Part shown: in pieces, positions 39,511 to 48,534 of the stretch
Layout of the letters: each line of letters begins with the position of its first letter
Position numbering within the stretch: the first letter of the stretch is position 1
From: an uncultured candidate division Zixibacteria bacterium
Lineage (GTDB): Bacteria > Zixibacteria > MSB-5A5 > GN15 > FEB-12
DNA: 64,000 nucleotides
Assembly: GCA_963664195.1 (NCBI GenBank)
Contig: OY760907.1
Coordinates: forward strand, 960,001-1,024,000
Direction: 5' to 3'
The notes under the pieces: generated by a model
Database searches by the model: none
Seen by the model: only the letters and a program-made list of their open reading frames with translations
What the model was told of the DNA's origin: nothing
Position numbers and translations under genes: made by a program

Positions 39511-40818
39511 TCAAATAGTGAAAAGGAATTCGAGCCTCGTCCAGGAATAACCGTCGGCACCGTCGAAATAGAAATTCCCCGGCACAAATCCTTCCCACAG
39601 AATATGGCCGGTCAAACGCGGATTGATGCGGAAGATCAGCTTGCCGACAAACAACTCGCCACGTGTTCTACCACTGCCTCCGGGGAAATCGGCTACGATG
39701 GAATGCTCGGGGGCCATGAGGTGATGGTAGTCCAGAAGCAGTTTCATATCCTTGCCCGGCTCGAATGTCAGACGGCCAAAGATGTCGACGTGGTTTGTCC
39801 AATAGGCCACCCGCCCGGCGTTTTCCTTCACCTGAGTATAGATGTAGGACTCGCTGAATTTGGGCCAGCGGGCGAACATGGGATCCCACCCCTCGAAATC
39901 GTCGGTGGCGGGGTCGTCGCCGGTCAGATAGACGGAGCCAAGCGTGAGCGTCTGCGGCAGATAGGTCGGCCAGTGCGTATTGTAATCGGCATGGAAGTGA
40001 CCACCAAACGCCGAACGATCAGCACGGTCGTGCGTCCCGAACTGGTAGGTTCCTTCGACGGCAAGAGACAGGTCGCCAGCCAGCGGCAATTGTACGCGAG
40101 AGCCGATCATATTGATCTCGGTTGCTACTCGCGTTCCCTCTGCTTTCTGATTCTTGCGCATGTAATACGCCTGAAGGTCAACCTTGCCGTGTTTGCCCTC
40201 GTAGTACGCGCCGAAACCTTCTTCCGGCTGTTCGATGAGGGCATTGACGCTGTCTTTGAGAACAGGCAGATAATCGTCGTTAACGGGCTGATACATGTAG
40301 AACAAGCTGAGCTTGTGATTCTCGCGCGGTTGCCAGTCGAAACGGGCGGCATTGAAGTAGATACAGCGGGAGCCAACCAACGGGCCGCCGTCGAGAACGA
40401 CAAACCCTTCGCCAAAGATTATATTCTGGCGTCCGACGGTAAGCGTACCCGGAATCAGCGCGTCGGTCTTGATTTTCGCGTAGAGCAGATCAACAAACAG
40501 CTCATCATAACTGAAATCGCGGCTTTCCGGGACAAAGTAGTATCGGAATTCATTGGTCAGCTTCAGAGCCAATTCAAGTTCATCGGCGGGATACCATTGC
40601 CCCATGACGCTCGTCCGATGGCGCGTGAATGCAGAACCGCCCCCGGTGCTGTCGGCGAGAGTGATAGCGTTGTCCCATGTCACAAGACGAAATCGCTCGC
40701 TGAAGCTGAGTTTGACGTTCGGATGGATGTTGCCTTTGGGGGAATCGGCCGCCACAGTGGCGCTTACGCCCAGCAAGAACGCAAGTAGCGTTGTCAGAAG
40801 GAATTGGTGTCTAATCAT
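39511..40818 (-). CDS. Outer-membrane beta-barrel, alginate-export-like family
   Basis: Signal peptide; GRQNIIFGEG and TGDDPAT...WDPMF motifs; C-terminal amphipathic strand. Confidence 0.7.
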   Translation of the reverse strand: MIRHQFLLTTLLAFLLGVSATVAADSPKGNIHPNVKLSFSERFRLVTWDNAITLADSTGGGSAFTRHRTSVMGQWYPADELELALKLTNEFRYYFVPESRDFSYDELFVDLLYAKIKTDALIPGTLTVGRQNIIFGEGFVVLDGGPLVGSRCIYFNAARFDWQPRENHKLSLFYMYQPVNDDYLPVLKDSVNALIEQPEEGFGAYYEGKHGKVDLQAYYMRKNQKAEGTRVATEINMIGSRVQLPLAGDLSLAVEGTYQFGTHDRADRSAFGGHFHADYNTHWPTYLPQTLTLGSVYLTGDDPATDDFEGWDPMFARWPKFSESYIYTQVKENAGRVAYWTNHVDIFGRLTFEPGKDMKLLLDYHHLMAPEHSIVADFPGGSGRTRGELFVGKLIFRINPRLTGHILWEGFVPGNFYFDGADGYSWTRLEFLFTI

Positions 40819-41075
40819 GCCCCCCAACAAACGACACGACGGAGCCCGTGTCAAGCGCATCTCTCGACAGTATTCTCGCAGATCGCTGCGGAACCTGCGT
40901 CCTCGCAGGGTGTTGAAAGAAACTGAGACAACCAACAGGAGGAACGTGCGATTTCGTATAATACGGATCGGCAATCTCTATGTTGATACCGGCAAACCGG
41001 CTGATTTCCCGTGCTACTCCGGTGGCGCGCAGCCTGACAACAGGTGTTTCGAGCACGAAGAACAGGAAGCAGAGC

Positions 41076-42254
41076 ATGTCTGACAATAACGGCGGCAGAA
41101 GGCCGCAACCGATACAACACCATGCCGGGTATCCCGGCCTTGAGGGTGTGAAACAGATAATAGCAATCGCCAGCGGCAAGGGGGGCGTGGGCAAATCAAC
41201 GGTCAGCAGCAACCTCGCGGTGGCACTGAAAAAAGCGGGAGCGAAAGTCGGGTTGATGGACGCCGACATTTACGGTCCCAGCCAACCGACGATGCTCGGG
41301 TCGCACGGAGAACAGCCGGATGTTGACAGCAACAAGTTGATTCCCGTGAAACGGCATGGCATAAAGTTCGTGTCGATGGGCCTGCTCCTTGACGACGACG
41401 GTCCCGTAATCTGGCGCGCACCGATGGCCGTCAAGATGATCCATCAGTTCATCAGCTCTGTAGAGTGGGGTGAGCTTGACTTCCTCCTTATAGACCTTCC
41501 CCCCGGCACCGGCGATGTCCAGCTCACGCTGGCCCAGCAGGCACCGTTGACCGGAGCGGTCATTGTCACCACCCCGCAACAGGTAGCTCTCGGCGTGGCA
41601 CGAAAGGGGCTGAAGATGTTTCAGCAGGTGAACGTGCCGATCCTGGGCATTGTCGAAAACATGGCAGGGTTCACCTGCAGTCATTGCGATGAAGTCACGC
41701 ACATATTCAAAGAGGGCGGAGGCAATCGTCTTGCGGAGGAATTCAAGCTGCCGTTTCTCGGATCCATCCCGCTCGACCCCGAAGTCGTGACCGGCGGCGA
41801 AGACGGCGTCCCGGTCACAGAGCGCTCAGCAACCTCGGTTGCTTCCAGAGCGTTTGCTTCTGTCGCCTTGAGACTCGGGGAGCATCTGGAAAAGCAGGCC
41901 GAGGAAGCCTCGAATCTGGAGCCAAAGAGCTTCCGGCTGGACGAGTCTGGCAATCTCGTGATCGACTGGCCTGACGGACACCAGGGACTTCTCACGCCGT
42001 ACAGCCTACGCAAATCATGTCCGTGCGCGTCCTGTGTCGACGAGGACACCGGCAAGCGAATCCTGGACCCGAGACAAGTCCCCCTCGATATCAGCATCAC
42101 GAAAATGCAGCCGGTGGGCCGGTATGCCCTTGCGTTTGAGTTCTCGGATCATCACAACACCGGAATTTACCGCTACGAGATTCTTAGAGACTGGTGCGAA
42201 TGCCAGGAATGTGCTACGAAGCGCGGAGATCGTGCCGCAGCCTTCAGAGTATAG
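41076..42254 (+). CDS. Mrp/ApbC Fe-S carrier ATPase with C-terminal DUF971 (GBBH-N-like) domain
   Basis: [26 protein letters not shown] and ENM..F.C..C motifs; tail [10 protein letters not shown]...GRYAL...D.HNTGIY. Confidence 0.9.
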   Translation: MSDNNGGRRPQPIQHHAGYPGLEGVKQIIAIASGKGGVGKSTVSSNLAVALKKAGAKVGLMDADIYGPSQPTMLGSHGEQPDVDSNKLIPVKRHGIKFVSMGLLLDDDGPVIWRAPMAVKMIHQFISSVEWGELDFLLIDLPPGTGDVQLTLAQQAPLTGAVIVTTPQQVALGVARKGLKMFQQVNVPILGIVENMAGFTCSHCDEVTHIFKEGGGNRLAEEFKLPFLGSIPLDPEVVTGGEDGVPVTERSATSVASRAFASVALRLGEHLEKQAEEASNLEPKSFRLDESGNLVIDWPDGHQGLLTPYSLRKSCPCASCVDEDTGKRILDPRQVPLDISITKMQPVGRYALAFEFSDHHNTGIYRYEILRDWCECQECATKRGDRAAAFRV

Positions 42255-42266
42255 AAAGGAAACTTC

Positions 42267-42863
42267 ATGAGTGCAGACAGCCAACATATCGAGATCACAG
42301 GCGAACCGACCACAGATCCGCAGGTGTGCAAGTTCACCGTGAGCCTGCCGTTGTACGCGGAGAAATCTGTCAGCTGCGCCAGCACTGAGATGGCCGAGGG
42401 ATCTCCGTTACTTCAGGCGTTGTTTGAAATCGACGGCGTCCGCGAAGTATTCGTTCACGGCCACAGCGTAACCATCGCCAAGAGCGGAGACCAGGATTGG
42501 CCCTCACTCGGCCGGCAGATCGGTGCGGCTATTCGAGGCGCTTTTGCGTCCGGCGAGCCGCTGATAGCTGAAGTACTCGCAGAACGGAAACCGTCAGAGA
42601 TTGAGATTCGTAAACAGGTCGAAGAATTGCTCAATCGGGACATCAACCCTCAGGTCTCCAGCCACGGCGGCAGCATCGACGTGGTGGACGTAAAAGGGAC
42701 GACTGTTTTTGTGCATTTGAGCGGCGGTTGCCAGGGATGCGCCTCGGCCAGCCTGACGCTCAGACAGGGCGTAGAGCGGGCGATTTTCAAAGGGATCCCG
42801 CAGGTAACACAGGTAGTGGATGTCACGGATCATGCGGCAGGGGCAAACCCGTACTACCGATAG
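42267..42863 (+). CDS. NifU/Nfu-type Fe-S carrier (Nfu N-terminal plus NifU-C domains)
   Basis: SPL..ALF.I.GV..VF; INP...HGG...GGCQGC; DVTDH.AG.NPYY. Confidence 0.9.
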   Translation: MSADSQHIEITGEPTTDPQVCKFTVSLPLYAEKSVSCASTEMAEGSPLLQALFEIDGVREVFVHGHSVTIAKSGDQDWPSLGRQIGAAIRGAFASGEPLIAEVLAERKPSEIEIRKQVEELLNRDINPQVSSHGGSIDVVDVKGTTVFVHLSGGCQGCASASLTLRQGVERAIFKGIPQVTQVVDVTDHAAGANPYYR

Positions 42864-42887
42864 TACGTCAGCGCATACGACTAGACG

Positions 42888-43817
42888 CTACTGCTGCAAC
42901 TCGGCGATTCGCTTCTGAGCGACCCGTTCTAGCCTTTTCCACCGATTGTTCACGTGCTCCAGGAAAGTCTTGTACGTGGAAATGGCTTCCTCGCTTCGCC
43001 CGTCTTCATCGTAGGTGAGGGCCAGAATGAAATGCGAGAGACAATAGCGAGGGTCGCGTTTCAGGGCTTCGTTGAGATCACTGATCGCCCAGTCGTAGTC
43101 GCCGCGCTCACGGAATACGCCGGCACGGTAGACGTAGGCACGGATGAAATTCGGGTCTCTCTTGATGACCTGACCGTATATCGCTATTGCGGAGTCAAAG
43201 TTGCTCTGTTTCTCCAGCGCAATACCGTACTTGAAGAGAGCCTCGGTCAGTGTGGTATCGATACGTAGCGCCGTTGCGAAATCAGTCTCGGCGTCGGCGA
43301 AATTCTTCACGGCCAACCGGATCTCTCCGCGCGTCAGCCAACCCAGGGCAAAATCGTTCTTCAATGCCCAGAGGCTATCCATGAGTTTGGCCGCGACGTC
43401 AAAGCGTTGAAGTCGGAGCTTGGCGTCGGCCGATAGACATAGCGCTACCGGATGCCTCGGAAGATGCTCGGCCAGAGAATCGGTATATGCTTCCCAACTC
43501 TGCAGATCTTCGTAGTCGGTGACGCTTTCAAAAAGGACGCGAGCCTCGCGGTTGCGGTTGGTTTGAACAGCGGCGTGGGCAGACAACAGTCGCGCGACCG
43601 GATCGTACACGCTTGCGGAGTCCCCGGCGATCCGGGTATAAACGTCGTCCCATTGCAGACGAAGAGCGTTCTGTCGAATGCGCAGGTCTACGGCCTGTGA
43701 CTGCGGCGCTAAGAGAACCAGCATCACTATCGCCGTCAGAAGAAACGTCAGAACCGACCAGCAGTTGGAGCTTTTTAACATCGTAATCCTTTCAGTATGC
43801 ACGAATCGCAGCTTCAT
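42888..43817 (-). CDS. Exported TPR protein
   Basis: N-terminal hydrophobic segment and 4-5 TPR repeats. Confidence 0.8.
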   Translation of the reverse strand: MKLRFVHTERITMLKSSNCWSVLTFLLTAIVMLVLLAPQSQAVDLRIRQNALRLQWDDVYTRIAGDSASVYDPVARLLSAHAAVQTNRNREARVLFESVTDYEDLQSWEAYTDSLAEHLPRHPVALCLSADAKLRLQRFDVAAKLMDSLWALKNDFALGWLTRGEIRLAVKNFADAETDFATALRIDTTLTEALFKYGIALEKQSNFDSAIAIYGQVIKRDPNFIRAYVYRAGVFRERGDYDWAISDLNEALKRDPRYCLSHFILALTYDEDGRSEEAISTYKTFLEHVNNRWKRLERVAQKRIAELQQ

Positions 43818-44050
43818 TTGCTGCGGGCATCTTACTACATCATGCTACGAGCAAAGCGTCGCCCGTAGTACAATCCCACGCCGGTACCGATTGAACTTAT
43901 GACCAGCGAAGTCATCAGTCCGCCGACCTGGGAGCCGAGCCACCACCCAAGATAACCGCCGACCGATGACAAGGCCAGTGAGAAGAAAGTCCGCATATTT
44001 CCACCTTATACACAGATCGGGCGGCTCGGATCATTCTGCCGCACCTTGAT

Positions 44051-45331
44051 CTAGTTACTGCCCCGCACGGAGTTACCGTCTCCGAGGCTGCGGAAATCAT
44101 GACCGGTCGGGTTCTGGAACACCCGCAAATCGAATTTCGGCAACACCGCCAGCAGATGATCAAATATATCGGCCTGAATCGCCTCGTAGTTTGCCCATAC
44201 CTGATCATTCGAGAAAACATATATCTCGAGCGGAAGGCCGTACTCGCCCGGCGGAAGTTGCCTTACGAGGAAAGTCATGTCCTTGTGAATCTTCGGATGA
44301 TTGCGCAGATACGCCTCTACGTACGCTCGAAACGTCCCTATGTTGGTCATTCGTCGACCGTTAACTTCCGAGGACAGGTTGACACCGTTTTCCTGGTTGT
44401 GCCTTGCCAATTCTGTCTTCTTGCGTTCAATATACTCGGCAATAAACTGATACTGCGAGAATCTTTCCAGCATCTCGTCGGTGCAGAACCTTATGCTGTT
44501 CATGTCGATATTGATCGCCCGCTTGATCCGTCGCCCGCCCGACTCGGACATTCCCCGCCAGTTCTTGAAGCTGCCGGATATGAGCGAATAGGTTGGAATC
44601 GTGCTGATGGTTTTGTTCCAGTTCTGAACCTTGATAGTATGCAGGGAGATATCGATCACGTCGCCGTCGGCCCCGTACTGCGGCATTTCGATCCAATCGC
44701 CGATCCGCACCATGTTGCTCGAAGAAATCTGGAACGAGGCAACGAGTCCGAGGATCGTGTCTTTGAAAACCAAAATCAACACCGCGGTCATGGCACCAAG
44801 GCCGCCGAGAAGACCAAACGGCGACTGGTTGAACATGACGGCGATTCCGAGCACGGCGAGCAGTACGAACGCTATTATTTGGACTATTTGTACGTAGCCC
44901 TTAATCGGGCGATCTTTGGCTACGTCAAGCGTCCGGTAGACATCGAGCACAGCGTTCAGAAAGGCGTTCACCACCAACGCCCCAATCACTACCATGTAGA
45001 CCTGGGCAAGCCTCTGGATGATATTCTCAAACCCGGGGAAAGAGCCAGCCAGCCAGTAGAATACGAGCGCCGGAGCCACGTGGGCGGCCCGCTGGAGGAC
45101 ATGACGTTCCAGAAGAACGTCATCCCACTTGGTTTTCGTTCGCTTGATGATGTAATTCAGCGAGGTCAGCAGAATGCGTTTAGTGATAAGGTTGGCGATA
45201 ACAGCCAACAGGACAACGCCAAGTACGACCACAACCCAGCTCAACGAAGTCAGTAAGAAGCCTTCGAGGCCGGACGATTCCAGCCAGCCTTTTACGAGTT
45301 CAAACAAGCGCGGGGCATTCGTTTCTGTCAT
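44051..45331 (-). CDS. MscS-family mechanosensitive channel (YbdG-like)
   Basis: FKDTILG, IGDWIEMP.YGADG, NWRGMSESGGRRIKR and TNIGTFRAY motifs. Confidence 0.92.
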   Translation of the reverse strand: MTETNAPRLFELVKGWLESSGLEGFLLTSLSWVVVVLGVVLLAVIANLITKRILLTSLNYIIKRTKTKWDDVLLERHVLQRAAHVAPALVFYWLAGSFPGFENIIQRLAQVYMVVIGALVVNAFLNAVLDVYRTLDVAKDRPIKGYVQIVQIIAFVLLAVLGIAVMFNQSPFGLLGGLGAMTAVLILVFKDTILGLVASFQISSSNMVRIGDWIEMPQYGADGDVIDISLHTIKVQNWNKTISTIPTYSLISGSFKNWRGMSESGGRRIKRAINIDMNSIRFCTDEMLERFSQYQFIAEYIERKKTELARHNQENGVNLSSEVNGRRMTNIGTFRAYVEAYLRNHPKIHKDMTFLVRQLPPGEYGLPLEIYVFSNDQVWANYEAIQADIFDHLLAVLPKFDLRVFQNPTGHDFRSLGDGNSVRGSN

Positions 45332-45527
45332 TATATCCACCTGTACGATTGTGCAACTGTCCGTGTGGAGAATGTAGGACAAAGGGGTGCGAGTGACAAG
45401 GATTTTGGCGGGCTACTTGCGAGCGTGGACGATATGTACTATCTTGGCGATGCGGGAAACGCACCTGTCCACAGGTAGGCCGGATCCGTCCGGTAAAGAA
45501 GACAACTATTGCTTTTCAGGAGGTCAT

Positions 45528-46202
45528 ATGGGTTGGAGAGCCGCCTGCATTTTCGTCAATGAAAACAAAAACACATTCCTGACCGGTAACTCCAAACCAA
45601 GGCCGGAGCTGGTGCAGAATGTTCTCAACAGTATCGGTTTGGATGATTTTGAGAGCAGGGACGAGACAACTCTTGACTCTTGTTTGTACCCCGACGACCA
45701 CGAAACCTGGCTGGGTTCGTTTGAAGGCGGACACATTATTGCATCTCAGGACCTCTCGAACAACCTCCTCAGAGGTGGAGAGTCCAAGGTCGTTCGCGGT
45801 CTGAGCGATATTGCCCCAAACGGCTCGATTCTCGCCATTACTCTTCATAGTGGCGTCAACCTGTTCGGCTACGCGTATTTCGAAAACGGTGTCCAACTGA
45901 GGGCACGGGCAGGCTCTGCCGACGACGGAGTCTTCATCGACGAGGGTGAACCGCTCCCCGAAGAACAGAAGCTGTTCGATCTGTCCGAAATGCGAGACGG
46001 TGAGCGTATCTTCAAGATCGAAGACAACGGCAGAGTCGGCGAGTACACTGAGGACCAGATGGGTGAGGAATTCGTTTTTGAGCTTTGCCGCCGGGCACTC
46101 GGTGAGAGATTCGATGGCAGTGATATCCTGGAGCTGCCGATGTACTCTGTTCGGAGACGCGAGAAACCGAATCTTTTTGAGAGACTGTTCGGAAGGAAAT
46201 AA
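45528..46202 (+). CDS. Hypothetical protein, DUF6928-like (tentative)
   Basis: RBS AGGAGG; LHS.V.LFGYA.FENG..LR and DEGEPLPEE motifs. Confidence 0.55.
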   Translation: MGWRAACIFVNENKNTFLTGNSKPRPELVQNVLNSIGLDDFESRDETTLDSCLYPDDHETWLGSFEGGHIIASQDLSNNLLRGGESKVVRGLSDIAPNGSILAITLHSGVNLFGYAYFENGVQLRARAGSADDGVFIDEGEPLPEEQKLFDLSEMRDGERIFKIEDNGRVGEYTEDQMGEEFVFELCRRALGERFDGSDILELPMYSVRRREKPNLFERLFGRK

Positions 46203-46375
46203 AACTCAAAAAAGAGCAGAAGGGCCGGCGCGCCCTCCCGGTCAACTTTTTTGCGTGACTTACCGACATTCTCAACATAGCATTACCTGTTCTTGCGAAA
46301 GCATCAGAACAAAGGTCTGCCGTTTGCGTTATTGAAGAGACTTCAAGACTCCAGAACGATTGTGACTGAATTGCC

Positions 46376-48370
46376 ATGTGTGGAATAGCCGGTTTTTTCC
46401 AGGTCGACGGTACCCAGCCCCCGGATCGCGAGCTCATAGCCCGAATGGTGCAGATGATCGAGCACCGTGGCCCGGACGAGTTCGGCGCGTATCTCGATGA
46501 CAAGTGCGTTCTCGGGCAGGCACGGCTTTCCATTATCGATCTCTCCGGCGGCAAGCAGCCGATGTGCAACGAGGACGGGTCAATCTGGATCAGTTTCAAC
46601 GGTGAAATCTACAACTACGTGGAACTCCGCCCGGAACTGGAACAACTCGGCCACGTCTTCAAGACCCGCTCCGATACCGAAGTCATCATCCATGCCTACG
46701 AACAATGGGGCAAGGACTGTCTCAGTCGGTTCAACGGTCAATTCGCGTTTGCGATCTACGACAGCAACCGTCAATCGCTTTTCATATCGCGCGACCGGTT
46801 GGGTATCCGTCCGGCCTTCTGGACACAGTGCAACGGGCGATTCTATTTCGCCTCAGAGATCAAATCGATTTTCTGTGACCCGCAGGTGCCGCGACGGTTG
46901 GATATGAAAGGTCTCGATGAAATCTTCACCTGGTGGACCACCGCTCCCCCCCGGACGGCTTTTGAGGGGATTAACGAACTCGAAGCCGGAACGTGGCTGG
47001 AAATCCGCGAGGGCGAGATAACGACTGACCGCTATTGGACGATGACGTTTCCGGAACAGTTCGACCGTAATCGCTCGGCGGCGTCGTGGGCGGAGGAACT
47101 TCGCGAGTTGCTGATCGATTCTGTCAGATTGCGTCTTCGCGCCGATGTTCCCGTGGGGGCGTATCTCTCCGGCGGGCTTGACTCCTCGGCCACGACCGCG
47201 CTAATCCGGCATTTCACCGACACGAGAGTTGAAACGTTTTCGATAGCGTTCGCCGATGAGGCCTACGATGAGTCCGGCTACCAGAAACAGATGGCGGATC
47301 ATCTGGGGACCAATCATCACCAGGTGTTGTGCAAGTATCAGGATATCGCGGAGCATTTCCCGAAAGTGATCTGGCACACCGAGCGTCCGATTGTCAGGAC
47401 TGCCCCGACGCCTCTATACATGTTGTCGCGGTTGGTGCGCGATAACGATTTCAAGGTAGTGCTAACCGGCGAAGGGTCTGATGAGATTCTCGGCGGCTAC
47501 GACATTTTCAAAGAGACACTGATTCGCGCGTTCTGGGCCAAGGACCCCGATTCGACCTGGCGGCCCTCGATTTTGAAACGCCTCTACCCTACACTGCCGG
47601 TCGATGCCTCCAAAGCCGGTGCCTACCTCGCCGCCTTCTACAAAAAGGGGCTGGGCGAGACGGACAGTTACAATTTCTCGCACATGCCGCGCATGGCGAC
47701 CGCCACAATGATCAAGAATTTCTTCTCAGCGGAGACCAAGGCCGCCGTTGGCGCTTACGACTCAACGGAAGCGTTCGGCAGTGGGTTGCCATTGAATTTC
47801 GACAAGTGGCATCACCTCGCACGCGCTCAGTTTGTTGAAGCACGGTCACTGCTGGCCGGGTACATTCTGTCGTCGCAGGGAGACCGGATGTGCGCTGCGA
47901 ATTCAATCGAAGGTCGCTTCCCGTTCCTCGATCACCGCATAGCCGAGTTCGCCGCCACAGTGCCGCCGTGGCATAAGATTCTTGGTTTGAACGAAAAGTT
48001 CATTCTCAAAAAGGCGATGCGTCCGGAGATCCCGAAGGAGATTCTGGATCGCGTCAAGCAACCGTACATGGCGCCGGACTCAAACAGTTTCGTGCAGGCA
48101 GATTCGCCCGACTATGTCGGCGAGTTGCTATCGGAAGAAGCGGTCTCGAAAACGGGCGTGTTCAATCCGACATCGGTTGCGAAGCTTCGAGCCAAGTGCA
48201 CGAAGCTCAAGGACAAGCATCTGTCGTTCAGGGATAACATGTCTTTTGTAGCGGTTTTGTCGACGCAGTTGACGGCGCATCATTACGTCGAGGACTTCAA
48301 GCCGCCGAAGGCGGCCGGCCGTGAGGCGTTCACGATCTGGCATGACTGTTCGAAGTTGGCCGCGAAGTAG
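46376..48370 (+). CDS. asnB: Asparagine synthase (glutamine-hydrolysing) family amidotransferase
   Basis: MCGIAG, HRGPD, RLSIIDL, FNGEIYN, LSGGLDSS and TGEGSDE motifs. Confidence 0.93.
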   Translation: MCGIAGFFQVDGTQPPDRELIARMVQMIEHRGPDEFGAYLDDKCVLGQARLSIIDLSGGKQPMCNEDGSIWISFNGEIYNYVELRPELEQLGHVFKTRSDTEVIIHAYEQWGKDCLSRFNGQFAFAIYDSNRQSLFISRDRLGIRPAFWTQCNGRFYFASEIKSIFCDPQVPRRLDMKGLDEIFTWWTTAPPRTAFEGINELEAGTWLEIREGEITTDRYWTMTFPEQFDRNRSAASWAEELRELLIDSVRLRLRADVPVGAYLSGGLDSSATTALIRHFTDTRVETFSIAFADEAYDESGYQKQMADHLGTNHHQVLCKYQDIAEHFPKVIWHTERPIVRTAPTPLYMLSRLVRDNDFKVVLTGEGSDEILGGYDIFKETLIRAFWAKDPDSTWRPSILKRLYPTLPVDASKAGAYLAAFYKKGLGETDSYNFSHMPRMATATMIKNFFSAETKAAVGAYDSTEAFGSGLPLNFDKWHHLARAQFVEARSLLAGYILSSQGDRMCAANSIEGRFPFLDHRIAEFAATVPPWHKILGLNEKFILKKAMRPEIPKEILDRVKQPYMAPDSNSFVQADSPDYVGELLSEEAVSKTGVFNPTSVAKLRAKCTKLKDKHLSFRDNMSFVAVLSTQLTAHHYVEDFKPPKAAGREAFTIWHDCSKLAAK

Positions 48371-48411
48371 ATGTGATGTCGGATTTCTCAGTCTGGGAAA
48401 TCACCCTCTGA

Positions 48412-48534
48412 CCAATCAAGTCAAGCTTCCAATCAAGTCAAGCTTCTAATCAAGTCACACTGAGCTTGTCGAAGTGTGACTTGATTGGACCCTCCGTCGA
48501 AACTGCAGGGGTTCCGACCTACAAGTGCCCCTAC
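48412..48534. repeat. Tandem 17-mers plus REP B hairpin plus REP C
   Basis: CCAATCAAGTCAAGCTT twice plus a partial copy; 13-bp hairpin 48448..48485; family C copy 48496..48522. Confidence 0.85.

Noticed and set aside
39451..40788. 445-aa plus-strand ORF
   Set aside because: Antisense shadow of the beta-barrel gene.
44099..45256. 385-aa plus-strand ORF
   Set aside because: Antisense shadow of the MscS gene.
46376..48370. AsnB as a lasso-peptide cyclase
   Set aside because: It has an intact N-terminal Cys glutaminase domain, and no precursor, B protein or RRE gene lies nearby.
48412..48488. Possible CRISPR array
   Set aside because: The repeats are contiguous 17-mers with no spacers, and there are no cas genes in the window.
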